A stretch of 44,832 nt of DNA, taken from the NCBI GenBank assembly GCA_000934665.2, contig KZ538182.1, positions 62,001-106,832 on the forward strand. Reading direction: 5' to 3'. A model generated the notes under the pieces. It saw only the letters and a list, made by a program, of their open reading frames with translations. It did no database searches and was not told where the DNA came from. The stretch comes from Catajapyx aquilonaris (lineage: Eukaryota). The position numbers and the translations under genes are program-made. Below, in pieces: positions 25,109 through 37,200 of the stretch; the stretch's first letter is position 1, and every line of letters begins with the position of its first letter.

Positions 25109-26119
25109 TTAGAGCTGGCCGCTGTTGGCGACCACGATGCGCTTGCTGGTCTTCCCGCTCTGGCTCCCGTACGACTCGATCTTCTTCACCACGTCCATGC
25201 CCTCGACGATGGACCCAAACACCACGTGCTTGCCGTCCAGCCAGTTGGTCTTGATGGTGGTGATGAAGAACTGGGACCCGTTGGTGTTGGGGCCGGCGTT
25301 GGCCATGGACAGCATGCCAGGGCCGGTGTGCTTCAGGGTGAAGTTCTCGTCAGCGAACTTGGAGCCGTAGATGGACTTCCCGCCAGTGCCGTTGTGGTTG
25401 GTGAAGTCGCCGGCCTGGCACATGAAGTTGGGGATCACCCGGTGGAAGGTGGAGCCCTTGTAGCCGAAGCCCTTCTCCCCGGTGCACAGAGCACGGAAGT
25501 TCTCAGCCGTCTTGGGCACCACATCACTCCGCAGCTGTGGATCAAAAGGTGGCATTTAGTTGGGGGATTCCGCCGCCAGTGGATCACGGCGCCACCAGCG
25601 CTACACGATGAGGTTCGAACTAGGCCTAGCCTCACCCGCCCTGGGCTTGCCATGTAGGCTGTATGCATGGCCCCCACCCCGTGCCAAGTACCGGCCGGCA
25701 GAGCGAGGTAAGGTTCTGCAAATGGCGGCCATCCGCCCACCCCCCCCAGCCAACTAGTCCCCCCGGGGGCAGCAACTCACCTCGATGACGATCCGTCCCA
25801 GCTGCTCTCCATCGGCCGCCATGTCCAGGTAGCATCGCACCAGACCCATCTTGTCCGACAGGAATCGAATGAATCGGGACCAAACCTGAGTCGAGTTGTC
25901 CAAAAGGGAGAGGCTTCTTCTTCCAGGAGATCCTCGAACGCCGGCTTCTTCGAGAGGAGAAGGAGGGAAGGGGGAGGAGGAGGAGGAGGGAGGGGGAAAG
26001 TAGTCCCTCTTCCTCCCACCACCACAGATCCCTCCGCCAGACGCAACAGCCAATCGGGGGGAGGCCAAGCACCAGGCTGGCTGTAGCCCTCCGCACCACA
26101 ATCTAGTCGCGCAGTACAT
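25109..26119 (-). CDS. Cyclophilin-type peptidyl-prolyl cis-trans isomerase (Cyp1/CypD-like). Exons 26119(or 25849)-25781 and 25534-25109; 164 aa from the second ATG, 254 aa from the first
   Basis: [67 protein letters not shown]...[14 protein letters not shown]...[10 protein letters not shown]. Phase-0 intron gtgagt...ccacag. Minus-strand AATAAA at 24683-24688. Confidence 0.96.
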
Positions 26120-26429
26120 GCCGCCGGGTCTAATTACCCTTGTTGTAATTAAAATGGGCTGTGAATACTCTCGTGTCTACAGGGCGAAAGCGTCCGTCCG
26201 GCCCGAGACTGGGGTTGCGCCACGTGCGGGTTGTCGGGAGGACTCGCGGCGTGTGCTGCGCTCCACCTTGCCCACCCACCCACCCACTCTTCGGATATAT
26301 TTATGGACTTTGTCCGCATGCCAAATTTTAAATGCAATTACTTCATTGTCAATTTATTTAATGCATTTATAGTAAAAAAAGCATGGTTGACCACGCCGGG
26401 TGAGTCCGGGCGCGTTCGGAAGAAGAAGA

Positions 26430-27110
26430 AAAACCGGATGACGTCAATGCCCCCATCTGAACGCGGTGGTCATATGCGGAAAAAAATAGTACGGAGCTGA
26501 CACCCAGCGTACTGAGCATGTTATGCAACTTGTCTGGCCTCCAGTCAAGTGTGGTGGGAATTTGCAATGTGGCGTGGCAACGTGCGGGTACATCCTGTCA
26601 TGTAATTGCGTCGTAGATGTGGCAACGCTGCGGATGAATATCGATGCCAGGACACGCATCGATACTACAGGGTGGGACAGAACTACTGTGCCCTTGCACT
26701 GCACAGCCAGTTCCGGGCAGTGGCGCAGCTGCATGCGCTGCTAGTGTCACGTACCGGGCACGTACCGGATTGTACTCGAGTGTGCCGGTGCGCAACCACC
26801 GGACCGATCCGTTTGATTAATCTGGCGCCGCATTGGTTATGTGCCACCCTGTAGATTGATCACTCCCTGGATATCGATACATCGATATTTTGGAACGCCC
26901 AAACTCCGTCTGTCCAGCTGAATTTTTGCCTGGAGAGTCGTGTCTTCCGCGTGCGAATTGGGATCGGATGTCCCCTGGACTAGCTGGAACCGACCAGCCT
27001 GGTGCTGGAGCCCAGGGGCCGATCGATTCCCCCCCTCCCTCGCTCCATCCCCCCCAAAAGAGTATCGATATTATCCGGGTTGGTGACTCCCCGAGCCAAA
27101 ATGGCGCACG
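26430..27110. promoter_or_regulatory. Divergent promoter region between the cyclophilin and CCAR1, with DRE, CRE and YY1-like motifs
   Basis: TATCGATA at 26872 and 27063 plus (c/t)atcgat variants near 26640, 26658 and 26880; TGACGTCA at ~26439; aaaatggcg at ~27097; donor cacg|gtaaga at ~27283 suggests a non-coding CCAR1 exon 1. Confidence 0.6.
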
Positions 27111-29420
27111 GGAAGAAGTGACTGGAAAAGAGGACGTTCCAGGACGGACAAGGGTTTCATTCCATTCCACCTTACTTCTGGAGGCGATTCGAGGCCAGGC
27201 CGGGATAGGGTCGGGGCAGGTTCCGTTGGGTCATGGTCTGGACCCGGAGGCGGCAGGGAGGCGGGGCACTGCCTCCAAGCACGGTAAGAGAGGGCGTCGT
27301 CGGTCGGCGTCCTCATTTTTGCACGCTTGCCTGACTCGTTCGATCGGTCGGTGGCAGTGCCTTGCACAGCATATGGCCGGCCTTTCAGAGGCTGTTTAGT
27401 CTGCATTGCATCTTACCTGAACAAGTAATGTGACCGCTGCCCATTATCAAAATTGGTTTGGGAGTGCGCCGTTGTCAAAAAATGTAGGGAAAATGTCAAC
27501 AAATTCCTCAAGATGTATGTGGCTCCAATGTGTCTTAACCGCAATCCATCCATTGCTGAATTTGCAACTGATGGAGTGAAGAGCGCACCGAAACAGTTCA
27601 AACTCATTTGAACCAGGCGAAAAGATGTCGTCTAGGTGAATGGCTGTGAAATTTTTGAGGGTGGTCATTGCTACACATTTCGAAGCCATCGAGATCTGCA
27701 ATGCAAATGCTGGGCAGGGAATGAGGAGAATGCTTGCAGTGCCGTAAGCTTTTCAGTGGTGGCACGGCCCTTTTGTTGTGAAAAGTAGAAAGTGGAGAGA
27801 GTGGGGAAGGTATTGGCTAGTCGTGATAACGAGACTGTTGCTTCTTCTCTCTACTGCAGGATTTGTGCATTAGCCTCTGTGCACCATGTTGTTTATTTAC
27901 ATTACTTTTGGCTGACATTTGGCAGTGTGCCAGTAAACTTCTTTTAACCACTTCCCTTGGAGGTACAAAGCTGTGGCTGAGCATGTGTCTAAATTTTGCA
28001 CATGACGTTTGCAGATTATATTTTAAAATTCTGTAGAGCATTACGTAAGGTCATTTCCAATGCAGATATTTTGTCTCACCGTAGTGCATTCTTGTGGTAA
28101 AAAATTGGCTATATGGTGTGCCCATCATCCAAGAAAATCGCAAACAGGATCCTTGGTTTTTTGGGAAAACGTGATTTATCCAGCTGTCAGGCATACATGC
28201 TGGTGGCTGTTGAGTAGCAGTGCATGGTTCTTAAATGAGATAGCAAATATTGTAGATAATGTCATAGCTCATGGAACAATAGAATCAAGGTAAAAGTGTT
28301 TTCTATTCATCAGGGTACACCTTTGTTACAGACGATAGTTAATCAGGACGGAATTTGCAAGCAAACAAGTGCAAAGCTTGAAAGAATATGTCGGGTACAG
28401 TTTCACTTGATCCCCACATCATCAGTACATGTACACAAGTAATATTGATGAAAATGTCGATTTGTATTGATGGCATCATTTTTATACCTATCAATATTTA
28501 CTTCATGGCATATTCATGCTTCTTGCAATGCAGGATCTAGGGTCGGATCCATAATGTTGCTGGTTGTCATCTGGCCTTGTCGTTTTACAAACAAGTTGGC
28601 TGATACTTTTTTTTGCGCATCATAACTAGCGAACAATATGCCAGCAAGTATCGTTAGGCAAATTGGAAAGCGCTTGCAGGCAGCAAATTTAGAGCCAGTT
28701 AATGGAGGCCAAGCAGCAATTACTTTCCCACCACTTGCCATTCCGCCACCCACAACATTAAATGGGAGTGGGCTGTGGTTTGGCATCAGTTCGATGAGCG
28801 GGTGTAGAAAATTATGGTTGCAGCTATTTTTGTTGCTGTCTGCACAAACTTGGGGAAGTAGGCCACAGGAAGAGCAAGTCTGGCAGAACTTTTTCTCCGA
28901 AATTGACATTTTGTGGCAGAGCCAGTTGAGAATATCAAGTCAGGAAAACCGTGGCCAGGTGAGGCGGGGCTGAGAATTAATTTCTTGCTCATTATCAATT
29001 GTGGTCTTGTCATGTGTTACATGCGCTAGTGGTGAGTTTAAACTCTTCATTAATAATTTTTGTGTCTGTACATGTGGTATGAATGAATATTTGCATCTAC
29101 AGTTGCGTTGGCGACAGGAGTAGGCTCATTTTGAGTTTAAAATATGCTATCACTAAATGAATCCGTGCTTGAGTGTATCAACCCCCACTATCTGTGCTTG
29201 GTTGGTGCAGTAGTATGTGTTCATCAGATGATTCACTAAAGCTATCGAAATTGTTATGGTAAAATTTTACTGGTATGACAGACACTGTTGTGCAAGCACA
29301 ACACTTGCCATTCCGAATTTTGCAAGGGCACATTGCAGCTTATATTTCTTCTAAACAGGCAGTGGGAGTGAGAGTAAAGTTCTTTTCTGCTTTCAGGCTT
29401 GAGTCGTGATTGACTGGACA

Positions 29421-31251
29421 ATGGCGCAGTTTGGAGCGGCCACCAAGAACCCTCCATGGGCCAGGCCCACCAGTGAGTATGATGCTCCCAGCACACTTTT
29501 GTCTTGCAGAGGCTAATTTGCTCTCCTTTTTGTAGTGGGCCAGCCCATGGTGCAGGCTGGAGTGGTGACCATGGCTCCTCAGCCTGTAGCGCAGTTGGCA
29601 GCAGCGCCAATGCAGCTGGCTCCAAACAGTGGGGCGGCTGGAGGCGGTGTGGCGCAGCAGGGGATGGCTGTCACAGCACCAACCCAGGTGGTGCATCTCC
29701 AGCAGGCCCCGCAAGTGTATTCCCACTCGGCCCTTGGAGCTGCTTTGCACCAGCAACAGCAGCAAGGGGGACAGCAGCAAGTGTTTCCAGGCCCCTGCCT
29801 GGCGCTTCCAACGTCTCTGGCTGGCACATCCAATTCCCTGGTGACTTCCTCCATGCCACCCTCCATGGCTCCATCCATGGCTCCATCCATGGCCCCACCC
29901 ATGCCTATGCCTGGACTTGCCTCGCTGGCTCCACTCACAGGCGCAGGAACCTTGCCCACAGTCAGCTACCCTGCACCCAGGGCGTTGCAGCCAGCGCAGC
30001 AAATGCAAGTGGTACAGCAGATGCAGCCACAACAGATGCAACCTCAGCAGATGCAGCCTCAGCAGATGCAACCGCAGCAGATGCAGCCTCAGCAGGTGCC
30101 TGGAATTTCTCATCCTCTTAACCACATGAAAATGGTATTCAAATCATTCTGCGTTGTATTGAATGGACGTTTGACTCCATCCGCGGTTAGGATAACTTGT
30201 GACCACCCAGTTGCATAGCTTAGGTGGTTACCAGACACTGAATTGGATTTCAATTATGCAATAGGGAGAAACTGAGGTTCCGATTTTGATCGGACTTTAC
30301 TGAAGTAAAAATCATGGTGCTATGAGGCTAAATCAATCGTGCAGGGGGATCTGCTGTAGCTCGGGATATCTGAACCGCGCTTCAAACTTTGACAGTAACG
30401 TGGATCAGTAGACGTTGTCCGTTTGATTAGCTGAGATTGACATGGCCAGTTTCAATTTCACCATGGTGTTTCATAAAATAAACACTGGTGGGCATGAAGT
30501 TACTGCTTATGTCTGGGGAGTAATGCATAAGGAAATAATAACGAGACAGCATCTCATCACATAATTAATTGAAATCACCATAATTCCACTTGTTGGACAT
30601 GGGCAAGCAAATTTTCTGGTATCCCTGCCACCAGAATGTGGCACATGGGGAAATGAGATCCTTTTAAAATTGTACTGTTCTTATTCCTCAGTACATAGTG
30701 TTCAAACCAAAGTGTTGGCGACTTTTTGGCGTTAAGCTTGTCATTTCTAAGCAGTTACTTTTGCATAGTTACATTCAGTGGTTTTGATGCAGTCATATTA
30801 GCTGCTAACATGGGGTTGCATGGAGCCATCCTTTTTAAAGCATCATTCAGGAGACGTTGGCATGCAAAAATTGGTTTCATCACTGATGTTCAGGGCCAAT
30901 TGTTCCAGTTGGCTTCATACTAGCATGTAATACTTGGGTAACTGCTAAGAGAACTATTGGAGGCCTGAAGCAAACGAGGGGATTCAGGAGCGATAAGTTG
31001 CCCATGAATCCACTCGGAAAACCATGCTGCGCATGCGCCAAGAGCACGCCCAAATTTCTAACATGATTCAACCTGGGGGGCCAAGCAACTTCTCTCCTCC
31101 CGAATCCCCTCGTTTGCTGCAGGCCTAATAATATGCTACTTAAGGTTTTTTAAACTGTTAATGACAATGGGCAATTCAGTTGGTTGGTAGTAATAATTTA
31201 GTTTCATTTGCAGGTACAGGCACAGATGCAGGCACAAGCCCTGCACATGCA

Positions 31252-31282
<31 letters not shown>

Positions 31283-34200
31283 CAACAACAGCAACAGCAA
31301 CAGCAGCAGCAGCAGCAGCAAGCAAGCCAACAGCAGCAACAGCAGCAGCCCCCAAAGAACCGCGTGTTCACAGGCACAGTGACCAAGCTGCACGACAACT
31401 TTGGGTTTGTGGATGAGGACGTCTTCTTCCAGACCAGCTGTGTGAAGGGCAACATGGCCAAAGTGGGAGACAGGGTGCTTGTGGAGGCTGCCTACAATGC
31501 CAACATGCCCTTCAAGTGGAACGCCACCCGCATACAGGTCCTCCCCCAGCAGCAGCAGCAGCAGCAGGGCCAGCCTCAGCCGATCTCCACCACCCAGTCA
31601 TACACGCCCAACGTGCAGGTGCCCACCACCATGCGGTCAGGGGTCGCTGGCCCGCCTCCCCACCCCCTCCCTCCCCCACCAGCCCCACACCAGATGCCTC
31701 CCCACCCACACCACATCCAGCAACAGCAGCAACAGCAGCACCTTCCTCCTCCCCTCCTCCTGCCTCCGCACCCATCACAAGCCCAGCAGCTTCCCCCCAA
31801 CGTGGTGGCTGCAGCTGCGGCCGCTGCAGCCATGGCCCACTCCATGCAGCCCCCTCCCCCTCCCCCTCCCCCCCACCAGCAGCAGCATCCACACCCCCCA
31901 CACATGCATCCCCCCATGGGACACGTGCCGCCACCAGGGATGATGCCCAACCCTTCCCCACAGCCTCCACCACCCCCTCCGCAGCAGCAACAACATGCCC
32001 AACAGTTTGCTCAGCAGCAGCAGCAGCAGCAGCAGCCAGCATACAACGCTGTCCCTCCTCCTTCCAACCTCGGTGAGTCACCATGCCGCCAGAATGATTA
32101 GCATCAACTTTTAAGCTGCACTGATCTCCACGTCATAGTCTATAGGCTCTACGGAAAGTACTAATGCTGATTCTCCCAGTGAGGCTCATGGCTGACATAA
32201 AATTATCCTGTAACACGCCAAATTCAAAGTCCAGAAATGTTACATCAGTGTTTCATAGTCTTTCACTATTGGCCCAATGAGTGTCAAAAAATTCATGACC
32301 ATTCATTACAATTTAGGAAGTAAATAGCAAAATATAGAAATTGTGCCATTAAGTTAATTTCTGTTATCTATATCAAGGGTGGCTGCCACGTCATTGGGCT
32401 TTTGCTAATTACTTATGTTGTAATGCCTTGTTTTTCACCATAGTGCAGCTAAATGTTGCCAATAATTATTAGCTTCAACTCCAAAATGTTTTCATGGGTA
32501 ATTTTAGCGTATTGGAAGGAAAAGGGCAACGCTGAATGGAATCGGACACGAGTACAGGCAAGCGTAATCCGATCCTCAGTCTCTGTTTTTACCGTCTTAG
32601 CGCTGGACATTTAAAAATGGGCAACCTGTGCAATGTGTAGAACATGACCTGAGTCATGCATACAAATAGTTTTTCACTCCATGTATAAGCATTATTGCCT
32701 AGGAGAGCTAGATAATGGCATGAAAATCAACTTATTTTTTCCACTTTTTTGCATCAGCATTTTATAACTAAAGAACTGACTCAAAAACATCGATATTTGT
32801 CAGATGAATCTCATATTATACCGATTCCGACGAAGTGTCACTCATTAACATCGTGACTTGAACACACTAGATACAGCGATTTTTTCGGTATCCCGATTTT
32901 CGGGATAGCTGTAACGGAAGGGTTAAATAAAGTTACGTAATTTAATTTTACACTTTGCGTGGTGAGAATTACATGATTGAAACTGCAATGAAAATCCTGT
33001 GTACGTGTGTTGTTTCATCAGTCATTGCGCGTATTTTTGTATTCAAAAACGGTAACACATATGGAGATGACCTTTGCTGAGTTTTGCAGCTCTGGCGATT
33101 GCAATTTGATTTGGCATATGCACTACCGGTCAAAAGTTTAGCATCACCCCCAATCAGAGGTTTTTTATTTCTCAAGTCTAAACGTACAGTACAAATTGAA
33201 AGCGTGAGGCACCGTTGAAAGCGTTGTGAATAATGCTACAAACCATAAAAGGAACGGTCACTCTAGGTTCAACAGAGGCGCAGATATTACCTATTTTGTT
33301 TTTAAAAAATTCTCGAAAACCTACATTTTCAACTATAAATATTAATAAATAAAGGTAATCATCATGAATTCATGCTTTATGATTTTGATCTATGGCAATA
33401 AGTAAATGCCGACAAGACCTTGATGCCGGACACAAGGAAAATTACCACAAAAATGTAAAAAAATTATCACTCGAACGGGATTTTTTTTTAAATATGCGGC
33501 ATTTCGTCTTATATGCACCCGACAATTGACGTACCGTCAACAGCGCATAACTTGAGAACCTACAGAAATGAGGTTTGGACCAGCCGATTTGTTAAGGTTT
33601 TCCTAATCAGCTGGTCCAAACCTCATTTCTGTAGGAGTATTGGTTCTAAAGTTATGCGCTGTTGACAATACGTCAATTGTGCAAAAGAGCCATCATTTTG
33701 CCTTCACTTGGAACTCGATCGCATTGAGGGCAATGGTTTTTCCAGACGGTTTGTGGCGATGGCTGACACATGGCTCCGGTCATAGTGCTCTGACTTGTCC
33801 CACACTCGAAAGCAAGCTCCTGTGTTGTCCATCTTCGAGTGTCCAGCATACAGCGTCCAACAGCTCAAAGTGTGTCAGGCTTCAGGGCTCAGGATTCAAA
33901 ACTCAGCAACGTTCATCTCTGTATGTGTTACCGTTTTTGAATTAAAAAATATGCGCCATGATGTATGACTCAACCCACGTAGTTACAACCTCGTCACCCC
34001 GTGATTTGAAAATTTAAATTCTCGTGGCTTTTGTTATACAGTACAGCTTGAATGATAATGCGAGGTTACAGTACACTGCAGGAGGGGGTCACATTGCCAG
34101 GACACAATGGTGTATAATTTGCTGGCATCCAGTAGGATACCATTTATTTTGTTTGAACTCTTGACAATGTATCTTTCTTGATAATCTTTTTTGCGTAGCA

Positions 34201-37200
34201 CTATTTTATTCAAAAGCACTTTGTAAACATATTAAGATAAAGCGCCTCAGTATCGGCCCACCTGAGATGACACTCGAAGTTATCTGATTGGACCAGATGG
34301 GATGTCCTTTCCTCAAGGTTGAAGGCACCTTGATATTGCTTCTCCCAATCATACACCCAAACAAAGTGTGGGGAAAGAAAGAAAGGAGTGAGGCAAAATC
34401 ATGCCAATGGTAGGAGATCCATTTGGTGATTCATGCAATGTAACGCAACACTGCCAATTTTTGTGGATTTGTTCAGGCTGTTATTGCAGAAGTATTGCTT
34501 TTGCCCCCCTACGTACAGTTTGGGAATGGACATGACAGCTCTACCGACATAACTTGAGAATGCACAGTTCATGTAACATGTGTTTATTCTAATAATAAGC
34601 AACAGCAATTTACCAATGAGTAGTTCAAATACTTGCGTCATTTTGCACAGGTGAATTTGACAAAAAATAATGATATTGAAAGAAGGCAAGTGAAAATTCA
34701 GTGAACATACAGTGAAGCTTGTATTTTCTGCTCGCTACGTCAGGTGATTTCGTGAATACATTTAGTGAAGCTCATGGAGTCATGGGAGAATCCTAACTAG
34801 CAGAGGCAGAATATATTCGCACCATTTTTGGCAGGTTGTAGCGTCATTAAGCATTTATGATGATAAGGCCCTACTGATGTATGTAAAAATTAGGCATTTA
34901 TATGTTCTTGTTCCTCTATTCCCAGAACCGCAAGGAGGGTTCATGAGGGGTAGTGGTGGCCCAGGGTCGCTGGCACCTCAAGCCCCTCCTCCTCCACCGC
35001 AGTCCCAACAGCAGCAACAGAGGAGGTCTAGCCCACCAAGAGGAGCCCCCATTATTGTCAGCAATGGAGGGATCAGCAGTCGCGAGAGGGAGAGAAGGCG
35101 GGAGGAGAGGGCCAGGGAGCGGGAGAGGGAAGGGAGAGCAGAGCGGGATAGGGAGAGAGGAGGCGGTGGGGAGGCAGGGAAGGAGGTTGGCAGGGGAGGG
35201 GGAGGAGGTGGGGACGGAGGCGGCAGCGGAAGGGAGAGCAGGAGGAGAGATGCCGGGGGCAGCCCCCCGTCGTCCTCCGCTTCCGCAGCCTCATCCCGGA
35301 AGCGCAGCCGCAGCCCCAGAGCTAACGCAGGTGCTGGCCCTGGGAGTAGCGGCAGTGGCAGTGGCGGTGGGGGTGGGGGTGGGACCGCAGCCAGGGGAAG
35401 CAGCCGTTCTCCACCTCCCAGGCGGAGAGCCCGCCTGCAGCAACCCAGATACATTGTGCAGATCCCCAAGATATCACTTGACCTGTGAGTATCCACCAAA
35501 CCTAGTTTCACTCTACACAATTTATTGTGCTCGTTGGTTTTTTGTGTGGCTGTTCCATCGCAGCCCATTGTGTCCTTGTAAATATTGAGAATGTCTGCAT
35601 GGTTGGCCAACTCCTAGATTCAGACGGTCATCCCTTCCTTTCTGTGGCTTTCAGTCGTGAAGCGAACGTGGCTGAGCTTCGCCGCCGCTACTCCAATTTG
35701 TATGTCCCTTCAGACTTCTTTGCTGCCCGATTTGAGTGGACAGAGGCCTTCCCTGTTGGTTCCCCCTTCAAGCTGGACCAACCGACCTCACAGTTCCACA
35801 TCCTTTCTAAAGAGGAGTGTGCTTCCCCTCCCGACCCTTCCCTCTGGATGCACCCCCCACCTGAGACAGATCCTTCCACACCTCCTCCCACCAACCCCAC
35901 ACCTCTTCCACAGATGCTGGACCCACCAGATGCTGACTATTTATACTCAGCAAAGGTCAATTTTACTCCATGGTTCTGATGAGTCGAAAGTGCTGCGGCC
36001 AACCTGGTCAGTGTCACACTAACGTAACCCTGTCTCTTTAGGTGATGCTTCTGAGTGGTCCACCTAAACTGAATGACCTGTACCAGAGGTCATGTGCGAT
36101 GGCTCAGGACCCTGCTGAGGTCAGGGAGTCGTTTGTACACCCTGCTCGCCTGCTGAACTTCCTGGTTGGATTGCGGGGGAAGGGGGGGGAGGCCATGGCT
36201 CTTGGGGGCCCCTGGTCACCCTCGCTAGATGGAGAGGACCCCAAAAACGACCCCGGGGTCCTCATCAAGACTGCCATCAGGACCTGCCGCGCCCTCACTG
36301 GGATCGACCTCTCCAAGTGCACGCAGTGGTGAGTTTGAAGCAGTCCTTATTCTTTGGGGATGGGTTGGGGGCCATCACGTTTGACTACTAATGGCTTGGC
36401 ACAGTCCCTAACTCGTGGGAAGCTGAGTGAAGGAAGGGAAAAGAGTGCAAGCATCCACTGCAAAGAACCAATTGTGCAAAGAATAGCAGCTTCCAAAGTC
36501 AAAATCGACATGTAAAGAGCCTAGAAGTGGAACAGGGACATCACGTTTTTATCAATCTACTTCTCAAAAAGATAAGTTGCGGAAAATGTAAATAATGAAT
36601 CATTTGGTTATCTTTTGACCTTGCTTGTTTCCCATAAGACTACAATTATTTATGATGATGCCACATAATTTTTTTTTCTGCTGCATAGGAAATGTAAAAA
36701 TTACTTGTTGTGTCTATCACTACTTTATATTCATAGATGGAATTTTCGTCCCACTGCTAGTTACTACTGCTAACTTAGCAATACCAGTGTTGGCAGTAGC
36801 ACTGCTAAGTTAGCAGTGGATAGCAGTAACTAGCAGAAAATTCCACCCCATGTGTTCAAGTAAAGTAACAAGTGCTCATGATCTATTGGGATGAGAAGTT
36901 ATTTTCGATCAGGATTTCCTTCTTAGTGTCATGTTTTTATTTGGAGCAGTCTACACCGTGAGAACGAGCCAATGAACAATGTTTCAATACTTTTTTTTTT
37001 ATAGCACTAATAGTCTTTTCGCACTAGTGTCTTCAAGCTTTGCTACACATATTGGCATAATTCACTTCTTAGCCTTTTCCACCAATTGTTATTGTAAATT
37101 GTGCACAGCATTGGTCTAGCGCGCTTTGCATTTGATGCCTGCAACGTGTGATTAAGACTGAGCCCATGCTGCTGTTTGCTCTTCAGAGCTATTGTTGACG

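Noticed and set aside
25600..25630. ggttcgaac resembling a tRNA T-loop
   Set aside because: No cloverleaf or A-box context; it lies in the cyclophilin intron.
29340..35610. Minus-strand ORFs such as (LLRLH)n and poly-Cys
   Set aside because: Reverse complements of the CCAR1 QQMQP and polyQ exons.
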